Shown: positions 8,120 through 17,684, counted from the first letter of the stretch. The stretch is 64,000 nucleotides of DNA from an uncultured Thermoprotei archaeon (GCA_965367815.1 CBDUKN010000001.1:160001-224000); one strand, 5' to 3'. Translations and numbers: made by a program. The notes: generated from the letters alone by a model not told the origin.

Positions 8120-10570
8120 TTAGCCGGGAATTATAATATAGTCTACTCGCAAGTCTATTTTGCGGTAGCCTGTAATATCTGTTAAAAGTGTTTTAAATTC
8201 ATTTAACTCTGATACATTCAAAAGCTGTTTAGAAAGCTCGCTCTGTTTTAAAAGGAAGTGAATCACTATATCAACTTGTTTACCTTTAAATGAAACTGAA
8301 ACAAGAATTCTGCTTTCTGAAACATTGAAGTATGTTGCAGCAGCTGTTCTCACTATGTGCGATACTTCACTCAAGTTTCTTGTGTAAAATACTGTTTCAT
8401 ATACTGATAGACTCTGTAGAGTAATGTATGCTAGCATAAATATTACGAAGGAGTAGAGAATTACGTGTGATTTATATTTTCTGAGTTTCTTCCACAGAAC
8501 AGCTCCGGCGAAGAATATTGTATTGAGTAAAAGACCCAGCAAAGCTACTCTAGAGAAATAGTATATTTTAAGCAAAATTGCTAATGATCCCCATAGAGCT
8601 ATATTAACTAGAAGAGCGGAGGCTGCAGCTTTTCTCTGCTTCTTGCCGCTAGCTATTTTTACTAACAGTATTGCTAACCCAAGAACTAGTAAAGCTGAAA
8701 CGGCTATCGAAAGAGTCGGCGAATACATAGCTATAGCGTATGTACTGACACCTATTTTTTCCATAAGTTGTGAAACAAGTTGATCGATTATCGAAAGCAT
8801 ATATGATACTGCAAAAGAAATTTCAGCTAAAGATAAGGTAAGGCAGATTGACGCAGAGATTGTTACCGGCAAAACGATATACTTGAGGAATATTGAAGTA
8901 ATGTTCTTAATATATGGAGTAATAGTTCTAACAAGTTCTTTAAAACTTCCTATCTGTGTATCAATAGGAGTTTCAATATTTAAGCTGACGTTGACCCAGT
9001 ATTTTACTAAAGTCAAAATTTTAGTAAAAAGAACCTTAAGATAATCTGCCTCATTTATATCAAAAAGTCCTCTTATGTATTGCGATATTATCTTGATTAC
9101 CGGTAGCAGGACATAGATTCTCGCCGCTAAGTATGCTGAAAGCTTTATTGCAAGCAAGTTAGCTATAAGTAGCGAGAGAGCGCCTAAAGCTATATCAGCT
9201 CTCTTCAATGCAAGACCTATACCTATAGTAGAGGCTGGAGGTACAAGAGCTATAGCTATAGCTGCGCCAACTAAAATAGCATAGTTTTCTTTGCCACCTA
9301 TAAGCGATACTACTGCAGCCAAACCCGAGCCTACGGCAATAACTAGGTCTGCAAAATTAGGTCTAGCTCTCTCCATAATTAAAGGAGTTTCAGAGAGCGG
9401 AATAACCATAGAAGATATTTTAGCTATCAAAAGAGATTCTATAACAACTAATGCTACTAAAATAAACTCGTTTTTAAGGCTTTTTAAGTACTTTGCTCCT
9501 TCCTTCTTTTCTTCTGCTAGCAGTAGCCAGTCAAATGTGCTATAAACAGAGACAGAAAGTAGAGGAGCTATGATCATAGCTCCAATTACTGTCACGGTAT
9601 TATTCATTAGAAGTCCTACTGTTGCCATAAGAGCCGAAAGACTAGCTAAAATAAGTGTGCGTATATCTAGCGAAGCTTGTTCTTTAGCTTTTTCTAAGAG
9701 AGTTTTTTTGGCTGCTTCAACACTCTCCTTAAGATTCTCAACAATATTTCTTTTAGTCAAAAGAACTATGTTGTTTGTCCAAGAATCAGTACTCGAGACA
9801 TAAAGTGGAAAAACTATAAAGAAGATAAGCATGAAAATAAAAGTTCCCAATGAAGCTATACTTAGCCAAAAACTGTAAACCAAGTATGGATCATAGGATA
9901 AGCTTTTATCAATTGCTGAAAATAATTTGTGTAGTAGAATATAGTCTTGAGAAATAGTTATTTTTCTTTCTAAATCATTAAGCAAATTTTCTGCTTCTTG
10001 ATAAAAAATAGCACTTTTACTTATATTATTTTCTTTATATGCTCTAAAAGCAGAACTTAGTTTTTCGCTCAATTTCCTAAAGGAACTCTTTAGACTTAAG
10101 GCAAGCGGTGTTTCCTCTTCAAGAATATCTTCCACTTCAGCTTTCAAAGTAACATATTTTGAGAGAAGTAAATATAGATCTGTCTGCGTTGGAGCAATAA
10201 GTATTTCCTTAAATGAAGAACCTAGTACTCGTCCGCCAGAAAGTACTTCTACTTTAAGACGATATTCTCCAGGAGGATCTCTTTCAGAAATATAAAGTGT
10301 TTCAGAAATAGATTCAGTGCTATTATTTAAATAAACTTGTTTTACTACTGACCAGTAAATATGATCATTTTTTTGTAAAGAAATTTTTACATAAACTCTC
10401 CCTAAGTTAACTTTAGTGGAAAGGTCTATTTTACAGAATATTTCCGATGGCTTCAAATATGTTTTCTGAGGAATAAAAATAGATACAGAGACAAGTGAAG
10501 GATAAGTAAATGTGAGCAACAGTAGATAGAAAACTATCAGCAATGTACACGTTGTAGTTGCTTTACGCAC
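8120..10570 (-). CDS. Large multi-pass membrane protein with central DUF389 domain
   Basis: ATVGLLMNNTVTVIGAMIIAPL and GAAIAIALVPP DUF389 motifs; N-terminal signal/TM segment plus soluble domain. Confidence 0.8.
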   Translation of the reverse strand: MRKATTTCTLLIVFYLLLLTFTYPSLVSVSIFIPQKTYLKPSEIFCKIDLSTKVNLGRVYVKISLQKNDHIYWSVVKQVYLNNSTESISETLYISERDPPGEYRLKVEVLSGGRVLGSSFKEILIAPTQTDLYLLLSKYVTLKAEVEDILEEETPLALSLKSSFRKLSEKLSSAFRAYKENNISKSAIFYQEAENLLNDLERKITISQDYILLHKLFSAIDKSLSYDPYLVYSFWLSIASLGTFIFMLIFFIVFPLYVSSTDSWTNNIVLLTKRNIVENLKESVEAAKKTLLEKAKEQASLDIRTLILASLSALMATVGLLMNNTVTVIGAMIIAPLLSVSVYSTFDWLLLAEEKKEGAKYLKSLKNEFILVALVVIESLLIAKISSMVIPLSETPLIMERARPNFADLVIAVGSGLAAVVSLIGGKENYAILVGAAIAIALVPPASTIGIGLALKRADIALGALSLLIANLLAIKLSAYLAARIYVLLPVIKIISQYIRGLFDINEADYLKVLFTKILTLVKYWVNVSLNIETPIDTQIGSFKELVRTITPYIKNITSIFLKYIVLPVTISASICLTLSLAEISFAVSYMLSIIDQLVSQLMEKIGVSTYAIAMYSPTLSIAVSALLVLGLAILLVKIASGKKQRKAAASALLVNIALWGSLAILLKIYYFSRVALLGLLLNTIFFAGAVLWKKLRKYKSHVILYSFVIFMLAYITLQSLSVYETVFYTRNLSEVSHIVRTAAATYFNVSESRILVSVSFKGKQVDIVIHFLLKQSELSKQLLNVSELNEFKTLLTDITGYRKIDLRVDYIIIPG

Positions 10571-10744
10571 AGTGCTTAAGACGAGTAGAGCTATAAGATT
10601 CTTTCTCTCGAGAGCTTTGACTATGTAAGCGCATAGGTTTATCTTGATGCTAATAATTCAAGCAGATAATTGAACTAACATCAGTAATGCATGGTTTACT
10701 TAATAGAAATACTTATCTACTTCGCTTCGGTATATCTGATACTG

Positions 10745-11461
10745 GTGCAAAGTTTGAGAGAAAAGGTCCTTAAGATAATTAAGAGAGCTTACTCTGAAGG
10801 AAGAAAAATTCTTCTCCCTCATGAGGCTGAGGAAATCTGCAAATGCTACGGGATTCCTGTACCAAAATCCGGTTTTGCTAAAACCGCAGAAGAAGCTGTT
10901 AAAATAGCTAGTGAAATAGGATACCCTGTTGTACTTAAAATAATTTCACCGGAAATAGTTCATAAAAGCGATGTTGGAGGAGTCGCTTTAAACTTATCTT
11001 CTCCGGAAGAAGTTAAGAAAGCTTTCGAAGAAATGCTGGAAAAAGTAAGTAAAGTTAATCCCAAGGCAAATATTCTAGGAGTCTATGTTCAAAAAATGCT
11101 ACCCAAAGGCAGTATCGAAGTAATCGTCGGAGGACTCAAAGACCAGACATTTGGTCCAGTAGTTATGTTCGGGCTAGGCGGGGTTTTCGTCGAAGTACTA
11201 GAAGACGTTACTTTTAGAGTAGCACCTCTTTCCAAGAGAGAAGCACTTGAAATGATCAAAGACATCAAAGGCTATAAAATTTTAAAAGGATTTAGAAACT
11301 TTCCTCCAAGAGATCTTGAGGCAGTAGCCGACATTATAGTGAAGGCATCGCATATAATTTACAATAACCAAGAAATAAAAGAAATGGATCTTAACCCAGT
11401 AATGGTCTACGAGAAAGGCAAAGGCGCATATGTTGTAGACGCCAGAATAATACTAGAATAA
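10745..11461 (+). CDS. ADP-forming acetate/acyl-CoA ligase beta subunit (ATP-grasp)
   Basis: IGYPVVLKIISPEIVHKSDVGGV, FGPVVMFGLGG, EMDLNP, VDARI. The GTG at 10745 is a likelier start than the 10691 ATG. Confidence 0.9.
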   Translation: MQSLREKVLKIIKRAYSEGRKILLPHEAEEICKCYGIPVPKSGFAKTAEEAVKIASEIGYPVVLKIISPEIVHKSDVGGVALNLSSPEEVKKAFEEMLEKVSKVNPKANILGVYVQKMLPKGSIEVIVGGLKDQTFGPVVMFGLGGVFVEVLEDVTFRVAPLSKREALEMIKDIKGYKILKGFRNFPPRDLEAVADIIVKASHIIYNNQEIKEMDLNPVMVYEKGKGAYVVDARIILE

Positions 11462-11465
11462 ATAC

Positions 11466-12098
11466 ATGAAATTAGACGCGTCTGTAGGGTTTTTACTGGC
11501 CTTTTCACTAAACCTAGTTTTCACATTAATGAAGAATTATGTTGCAGCCCGCATAACCTCGTATTTTATTCTCGCAACAACTATTGTCATATTTAAAGCA
11601 CGTAGCTTCAAACTAGGCTTAAATGCAGAGTCTATAGTAGCAGGACTTTTCTACTCGATTCTTCCTCACTATTTCAACCTAATGATTTTAGGTCTGGCTA
11701 ATGAAGTGTCCTTTATTGCATTAAACTCAATGCTCATTATACCAAATTTATTTACTTCTATTATAGAGGAACTCTACTTTAGAGTACTCCTTTACGATAC
11801 ACTAAAGAAAAGTTATTTTAAAACATCATTGATGTTTTCTCTATTTCATTTATCTCTTTATACTTTCAATGAAGCTATTCTTTCACTAATTTTAGTAGCA
11901 TTTTATTTTTCTCTTGGAATAATTTTTCAAGTACTGTATGAAAAGCATGGTTTTGCTGCATGTTCTACTTCTCACATAGCATTCAATATAGTTGCTTCAA
12001 TGTATTTAGTTAATTTAAAATATTTATGTTTAGCTGTAATAATATTTACAACTATGGCTACGGCTTTAATAATTAAAGAAATTATTTATAGATATTAA
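11466..12098 (+). CDS. CPBP/Abi (CAAX-protease-like) intramembrane metalloprotease
   Basis: IEELYFR, FSLFH and SHIAFN motifs in a hydrophobic protein. Confidence 0.85.
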   Translation: MKLDASVGFLLAFSLNLVFTLMKNYVAARITSYFILATTIVIFKARSFKLGLNAESIVAGLFYSILPHYFNLMILGLANEVSFIALNSMLIIPNLFTSIIEELYFRVLLYDTLKKSYFKTSLMFSLFHLSLYTFNEAILSLILVAFYFSLGIIFQVLYEKHGFAACSTSHIAFNIVASMYLVNLKYLCLAVIIFTTMATALIIKEIIYRY

Positions 12099-12143
12099 AT
12101 AAAACTTAAGTAAAAAGTAAATTTATAAAAATGAACTTATTTT

Positions 12144-13100
12144 TTAGTAAGTCTTTCCTGTGAGAGAAGCTATTGTCGGCGAGTTTACTCCAGTTGCTAT
12201 AAACATTATCTTTGGGTACTGTAACCCTTTCTCTAGTCTTAGGCCCCAGAATGTTCTCTCAATCTTATACTTACTTGTTATTATTTGGTTGGCGGCAGAT
12301 GCCTCTTCTAGAGTAGTTTTCTCAGGAGCTACTACATATATTAGAGCTGACTCAGCGTCACTGAGGTCTGCGTCAAGTAGCTTGTTTTTTATGGCATTGT
12401 TTGCCGCTTCAGATACTTTGAGTCCTACACCGTGTCCCACCATTCCTAGTCCAGAGTCTCTGCATGCCGAAATAATGTCTGCGTAGCTGATGCTAATTAA
12501 GCTTGGTTTTGTAACTAAGTCAATAATGGACTTAAGAGTACTTACAAGTATTGAGTCCATAAACTTGAAAGCGAAGTTTACTGGAATTCCTCCTATCTTA
12601 TTTAGTAGTATATCGTTTAAGTTTGTTATTGTTAAGTCTGCTACGTCAAGTATTTTAGTTAACCCGTATCTAGCGTTGTCGAGACGATTCACTCCTTCGA
12701 ATGTGAAGGGTAGTGTTACTAGTGCTATTCTTAGTGCGTCTGGGAATCTGTTTCTTAGTTCTTCTAGTAGTACTGGTATTCCTCCGCTTGCTGTACCACC
12801 ACCAAGACCACCAGTAACAATGACTACATTAGGAACTCCGATTGAGTTAATTATGCGGCTTACATCGTCTCTCATTGCTGCTTCTCCTAGACTTGGGTTT
12901 CCTCCTGTTCCATGTCCTCTTGTTATTGTTTGCCCAATTAATATTTTATTGGGTACTTTAACTGACTGTAAGTGAACAGCCTCAGTATGAACAGCAACAG
13001 CTAAAACATCTTCAGTAGCACCAACCTCATACAACCTATTCAAAGTATTACAACCACAACCACCAACACCGACAACAACTATGTTTATTCTCTCCCCCAT
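12144..13100 (-). CDS. ftsZ: FtsZ/tubulin-family GTPase, paralog C
   Basis: GVGGCGCN, IGQTITRGHGTGGNPSLG, GLGGGTASGG, PFTFEG. ATG at 13100 is preceded by SD-like GAGGGGTGA (the ORF track uses a TTG at 13115). Confidence 0.85.
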   Translation of the reverse strand: MGERINIVVVGVGGCGCNTLNRLYEVGATEDVLAVAVHTEAVHLQSVKVPNKILIGQTITRGHGTGGNPSLGEAAMRDDVSRIINSIGVPNVVIVTGGLGGGTASGGIPVLLEELRNRFPDALRIALVTLPFTFEGVNRLDNARYGLTKILDVADLTITNLNDILLNKIGGIPVNFAFKFMDSILVSTLKSIIDLVTKPSLISISYADIISACRDSGLGMVGHGVGLKVSEAANNAIKNKLLDADLSDAESALIYVVAPEKTTLEEASAANQIITSKYKIERTFWGLRLEKGLQYPKIMFIATGVNSPTIASLTGKTY

Positions 13101-13104
13101 TGTT

Positions 13105-14034
13105 TCACCCCTCAATGAATTTTGTTACCATATCAGATTTAACATTTGTTGCTATAAACCCTACTTTCGGAGACTGTACTGCCCAAGTTGGCTTGAATCC
13201 GAAATACGCGTTTACCACATTGTATTTGCTTGTTATTGTTCCTTGGATATCGAAGATATCTGATGTGCTTAAAGCAGTCTCAGTGCTTTCTACAACTACT
13301 ATTGCTCCTCTTGCATCTTTAAAGTTTAGTTCACAGTAAGGGCTCTCACAGGCCTTGATAAAGGCTTCTCTTACATTAAGTCCTTCGCCTAGCCCTATAA
13401 AGCCTAGACCTGACTTAACTGCTATTGACTTGAATACATTGAAGTCTACGTTCATTAGTCCAGGTATAGGTGTAATTTGATCCAGTGCTTTCAGTACGTA
13501 GATAGCATTTGCTATCAGTTTGTCTAAAGTACGGTATGCTCTAGGTAGAGCCATAGTTGGGTGCTTTTCTTTGAGTTTATCGTTAAAGTGTACTATAGTC
13601 ATATCCGATGATTCTATTATTTGAGGTAGAGCAGTTTTAGCATTGTTTATTCTTGGAAGAGCTTCTGTTCTGAAAGGTATAGTTACAAAAGATACTACTA
13701 GCGTATCTAACTGACTCTTAATGTTTTCTACTAGAACAGAGTGTCCTCCGCTACCTGTTCCTCCACCTAAGCCAGAGATTACAACTACTAGCTCAGAGCC
13801 TTCAATTCTCTCAACAATTTTTGGAACTAAGTTTTCGACAGCTTTTCTGCCAAGCTCCATTGAGCCCGCAGTAGATCTTCCTTCACCTACCTGCAGGACA
13901 TACTTAGCTTTAGCCGTTTTAAGAGCTAGGGAATCGGTATCTACAGCTATTGTTGTCAGGTCTTTTATATCTAGTGCAATATTGTTAAGGGCGTTTAGTC
14001 CTCTACCGCCTATACCTATTACTGATATCTTCAT
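13105..14034 (-). CDS. ftsZ: FtsZ/tubulin-family GTPase, paralog B
   Basis: GIGGRGLN, DTD, GLGGGTGSGG, PFRTE, NDKL, GLMNVDF. Confidence 0.85.
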   Translation of the reverse strand: MKISVIGIGGRGLNALNNIALDIKDLTTIAVDTDSLALKTAKAKYVLQVGEGRSTAGSMELGRKAVENLVPKIVERIEGSELVVVISGLGGGTGSGGHSVLVENIKSQLDTLVVSFVTIPFRTEALPRINNAKTALPQIIESSDMTIVHFNDKLKEKHPTMALPRAYRTLDKLIANAIYVLKALDQITPIPGLMNVDFNVFKSIAVKSGLGFIGLGEGLNVREAFIKACESPYCELNFKDARGAIVVVESTETALSTSDIFDIQGTITSKYNVVNAYFGFKPTWAVQSPKVGFIATNVKSDMVTKFIEG

Positions 14035-14035
14035 A

Positions 14036-15043
14036 CTATCTCGCCTCCAGGAATTGTTCTACTAAGGGGGATTTAACACTTGCCACTAATAACATTACTT
14101 GCGGATTGTGCACCCTCCAATTATACCTGACGCCCCAATACACAGTGCCTATACCGTATTTTTCACTGAGTATTCTTGGGACTTCCTCAATTTCTCTAAG
14201 GGAAAGCATGCTTCTAGTGCCTTCAGCGTAAACTACAGCTCCCCTAGCACCACTTAAGTCTGCTTCACAGTAGTTTTTAGCTAGAGCTTCTTCAAATGCG
14301 TCAATAAAGCGCAGGCCAGAGCCTATGCCAACAAAGCCGAGTCCACTTTCTCTCGTTAATCTCTCGATGTTAGAGAAGTCTATATTAACTAAACCTGGCT
14401 CAGGTTTGAGTCCCTGCAGCTTAGTTAATCCATTAATTAAATCTACTAGGTGTTTATCCATTTCTCTAAATGCCTGTTGAATGCTATATGCGCCTACTTT
14501 TTCCTTAAGAATATCATTAAAGTTAACTAAAGTCATATCAGCTAAATCGAGTAACTCAGATAGAGCCATTTGAGCATTCTGGATACGTTCAATACCTTCT
14601 GAGGAGAAGGGTATTGTTACTACTGCCCAGACAAGTCTATTCTTCATGTTTTCTTTTATGTATTCTGCTAGTGCTAGTATTCCTCCTGTTCCTGTACCGC
14701 CGCCGAGACCAGCAGTAAGAATATACAGCTCAGCATCCTTGACTGGGGCAAGGACTTTGTCTACTTCGCGGCTCATTATCTCTCTACCAAGAGCAGGACT
14801 ACCAGCACTACCACGACCACGAGTAACAGTCTCACCAATCAATACACGGTACTTAGCTCTAGTCACACTTAAGGCTGCTGCGTCAGTATTTACAGCAACT
14901 GTAGGTACTTGTATTCCAGCATTAGTTAAGTTAGTTATGGTGTTACATCCACATCCTCCTATACCGATTATGGCCATTTTTAAAATCGCTCTCCTTGCTA
15001 ATGTTTCGGCAAGTGTTCTGTCTTCAATAAATCTCCTCGACAC
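14036..15043 (-). CDS. ftsZ: FtsZ/tubulin-family GTPase, paralog A
   Basis: GIGGCGCN, AVNTD, IGETVTRGRGSAGSPALG, TAGLGGGTGTGG, PFSSEG, GLVNIDF. Confidence 0.9.
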   Translation of the reverse strand: MSRRFIEDRTLAETLARRAILKMAIIGIGGCGCNTITNLTNAGIQVPTVAVNTDAAALSVTRAKYRVLIGETVTRGRGSAGSPALGREIMSREVDKVLAPVKDAELYILTAGLGGGTGTGGILALAEYIKENMKNRLVWAVVTIPFSSEGIERIQNAQMALSELLDLADMTLVNFNDILKEKVGAYSIQQAFREMDKHLVDLINGLTKLQGLKPEPGLVNIDFSNIERLTRESGLGFVGIGSGLRFIDAFEEALAKNYCEADLSGARGAVVYAEGTRSMLSLREIEEVPRILSEKYGIGTVYWGVRYNWRVHNPQVMLLVASVKSPLVEQFLEAR

Positions 15044-15062
15044 GTATATTACCTTGAAATAA

Positions 15063-15078
15063 CTTTAAAAACTTTGCC
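15063..15078 (-). promoter_or_regulatory. Putative BRE/TATA of the ftsZ-like operon
   Basis: Minus strand reads GGCAAAGT-TTTTAAAG, with the TATA-like part about 20-27 bp upstream of the GTG at 15043. Confidence 0.4.
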
Positions 15079-15127
15079 GTTAATCTTATGTGCACTTGGA
15101 ATCTCTTAAAAATAGCCGAAGTATGTT

Positions 15128-16375
15128 TTATAGTCTTGAAATAACTTCGAAATTTTCTTCGGGAGTATTACTGAATGAAAAGAAATATAGTCCCTTGGGA
15201 TTGATCTTGAGAGCTTCTTTAATCGCGTCGAGTAGTCTCCTCGGAGGATTATACACTATGCTTGGATCATATCCTGAGTAAAGACCTACATATATTCTGG
15301 AGGGGTCGATGTATTCTGCCACCTTTAGAGCTTCTCTTGAAGCTATTTCAGGTGGAAGACCATAGTACTCGAAGTCTTTAACGCTACTAGGCTTATTTAC
15401 TCCAAGCAAATGCGATATTGTCTCAAGTAGTAGATCTTCGTACTCCCATCCTACTCGGTCTAGTATTGACTTAATGTACTTTGTCTCCCAGGCACCCATT
15501 CTAGCAGTATATATCATAGGCTTAACTGTATCCAAGACTTCTCTGAGGAGAGAGTAGTCTTGTCCCACCTGCCAGGAGAGAGTAGGATAGAAGAGGTCTG
15601 CACTCAAAGCGACGCCGCTTTTTTCGACACTTTCCTTAATGAAAGCTATGAGTTCTTTTACGCTTTCTGCTCTGAAGCGAAGCCAGTCTGCTACTTCAGG
15701 ATGCTCTAAGTAAAATCTGTTTAAGTCTCCAGTGCTGCCGAGGAACATTTTTAGATACTTTAAGTTTTCGTGGCTAGTTTCAGATATTGTTTTAAACATT
15801 TCGATAATTTTTTCGAAAGATTTCCAATCTAATCCTTTTTCTACTGCTTTTTCTCTGCAGAAACTACAGTAGCAGTGACGCCCTATTAGCAGGTGTGTTG
15901 GCAGAAGAAATCCTTCGCGGCTACGCTTAAACCTAATGTAGTCTAACTCAACTTCATCTACCTCATATTCGTAGGCAATATTTTCGGCTAGTCCTCTGAG
16001 GTACTTTTGGACATCAGGATTGTTTGGGCACAAGGCTCTGGGGTGCGGGCTTCCTCTAAAGTCTATTAATCTGCATTCAGGGTTCTTTTCTGCATGAAGA
16101 GGGTCTACTACACAGACCACAGTGGCAGTAAGCTTTAATCCATATTCTCTTGAAGCCTCGACACACTCCGCTAAAAGATCTCTTTTACAGCCTTTTACGG
16201 GCTTAAGTTTAGTTTCGGTAAAATATTTGTCTTTAGGCTTGAAAAACACTTTACCTTCAGCTACTACGAATATAGATGCTCTCGAAACATTGTATTTAGC
16301 TAGTTTCTCGAAGACCTTATCGGCGGTTTTCTCGTAAATATCTCTCCAGCTTACCCAGAACCCTACTTCAACCAC
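15128..16375 (-). CDS. Putative glycoside hydrolase-like TIM-barrel protein (GHL10/DUF187-like)
   Basis: DLLAECVEASREYGL, LCPNNPDV, VELDYIRF, CYCSFC, GQDY, PMIY. Confidence 0.65.
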   Translation of the reverse strand: MVEVGFWVSWRDIYEKTADKVFEKLAKYNVSRASIFVVAEGKVFFKPKDKYFTETKLKPVKGCKRDLLAECVEASREYGLKLTATVVCVVDPLHAEKNPECRLIDFRGSPHPRALCPNNPDVQKYLRGLAENIAYEYEVDEVELDYIRFKRSREGFLLPTHLLIGRHCYCSFCREKAVEKGLDWKSFEKIIEMFKTISETSHENLKYLKMFLGSTGDLNRFYLEHPEVADWLRFRAESVKELIAFIKESVEKSGVALSADLFYPTLSWQVGQDYSLLREVLDTVKPMIYTARMGAWETKYIKSILDRVGWEYEDLLLETISHLLGVNKPSSVKDFEYYGLPPEIASREALKVAEYIDPSRIYVGLYSGYDPSIVYNPPRRLLDAIKEALKINPKGLYFFSFSNTPEENFEVISRL

Positions 16376-16404
16376 ATTTTAAATTTGCTGTCACAGAAAT
16401 AAAC

Positions 16405-17073
16405 TTAAGTCTTTTTACAGTAGGCACAAATATCTTTTAATGGACATTCGCTGCACTTAGGTTTTCTTGGCTTGCAGTATTTTCTTCCGACTAAAATTAG
16501 CCTTACGTGGGCTTCCTTGTAGTCTTTGGGGTCGAAGACTTCTAGCAAGGCTTGTCTAACCGGCTCGTAGCCCTGTTTACTGCTTAAACCTAAGCGTACT
16601 GCGACTCTCATAGCGTGGGTGTCGACAGCTATAGTTGGCTTACCCATTAGCTGCAGGAGAAGATCTGCGGTCTTGAGTCCGACTCCTTTAAAGCTAGTTA
16701 GATACCGTCTAGCTTCTTCTAGGCTCATTTCTTTCAGTTTTTTGAAATCGAGTCTATTTTCTAAGACAGCTTCAGCAAGCTGCTTTATTACATATGCTTT
16801 CTGACGATAAAGCCCCGCAGGCTTAATTGCTTCCTCGATGTCTTCTAGCTTAGTAGACGCTATTTTCTCTGGTGTAACGCCTATTTTCTTCTCGAGATTA
16901 TCGTATGCTTTTATAGAATTTTTATCACTTGTATTCTGTGAAAGAACTATTGAAACTAGGAGCTTAAAGAGGTCTCGGCCGTAATTTTCTTCAACCCAGA
17001 AAACAATAAAATCTCTGCTAGTATACTTCAGGTACTTTGTTTTCTCGAGAATAAGGCTTCCTAGCTTACTCAC
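16405..17073 (-). CDS. nth: Endonuclease III (HhH-GPD DNA glycosylase)
   Basis: LSQNTSD, GVGLKTAD, AVDTH and C-x6-C-x2-C-x5-C FeS motif. Confidence 0.92.
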   Translation of the reverse strand: MSKLGSLILEKTKYLKYTSRDFIVFWVEENYGRDLFKLLVSIVLSQNTSDKNSIKAYDNLEKKIGVTPEKIASTKLEDIEEAIKPAGLYRQKAYVIKQLAEAVLENRLDFKKLKEMSLEEARRYLTSFKGVGLKTADLLLQLMGKPTIAVDTHAMRVAVRLGLSSKQGYEPVRQALLEVFDPKDYKEAHVRLILVGRKYCKPRKPKCSECPLKDICAYCKKT

Positions 17074-17120
17074 ATAGAGTCTAAAAAAAGATAGCTTAAC
17101 TACTTAACGTTAAACAAGCT

Positions 17121-17684
17121 TTACTCGAGAGGTCTTTTAATCACGAATGGTTTCCATCCAAGTTTTTCTCTAAACCTATTTATAGCCTCGATAGCTTTCA
17201 ATTTGCTTTCCTTGTCCATTTTTCTTGTTCTCAGTACTGCTAGAAACAGTATGTATGTACGCCTGTGAATAGTGCCTCGTGAAATACCGTGCTGCAGATC
17301 TTCTTCAAGTTGCTTAAGTATATCCTCTACTTCTTTTAAATCGCTTAGTCCCTTTTTCCCTATATCAGCTACCTGTGTACCTAAATATAATGGGTGGCCT
17401 TTAGGAACTACCATGTATTTTCCTTTTTCATAAGTGACTCTGCCTTTGACCAGGATGTCGTATAGCTCGAAGTTTCCTCTCCATTCAGGATTTCTTTTCT
17501 CGAGTTCTCTAAGCACGAGTTCTCTTATCTCATCTGTAGTCATTCCATCGCGAACCTTTTTCTCTATTTCTCCTGCGATTTCTCTGGCTACTTCTAATGG
17601 TGCTCCAGCTTTATAGCAACTCACAACGATTTTCTCTTTAAGAAAATCTTCTTCGAGACCATTTCTTTTAACTATTTTAACCAT
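17121..17684 (-). CDS. ATP-cone domain protein with unknown C-terminal domain
   Basis: N-terminal IVKRNGLEEDFLKEKI...TTDEIRELV ATP-cone signature. Confidence 0.8.
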   Translation of the reverse strand: MVKIVKRNGLEEDFLKEKIVVSCYKAGAPLEVAREIAGEIEKKVRDGMTTDEIRELVLRELEKRNPEWRGNFELYDILVKGRVTYEKGKYMVVPKGHPLYLGTQVADIGKKGLSDLKEVEDILKQLEEDLQHGISRGTIHRRTYILFLAVLRTRKMDKESKLKAIEAINRFREKLGWKPFVIKRPLE

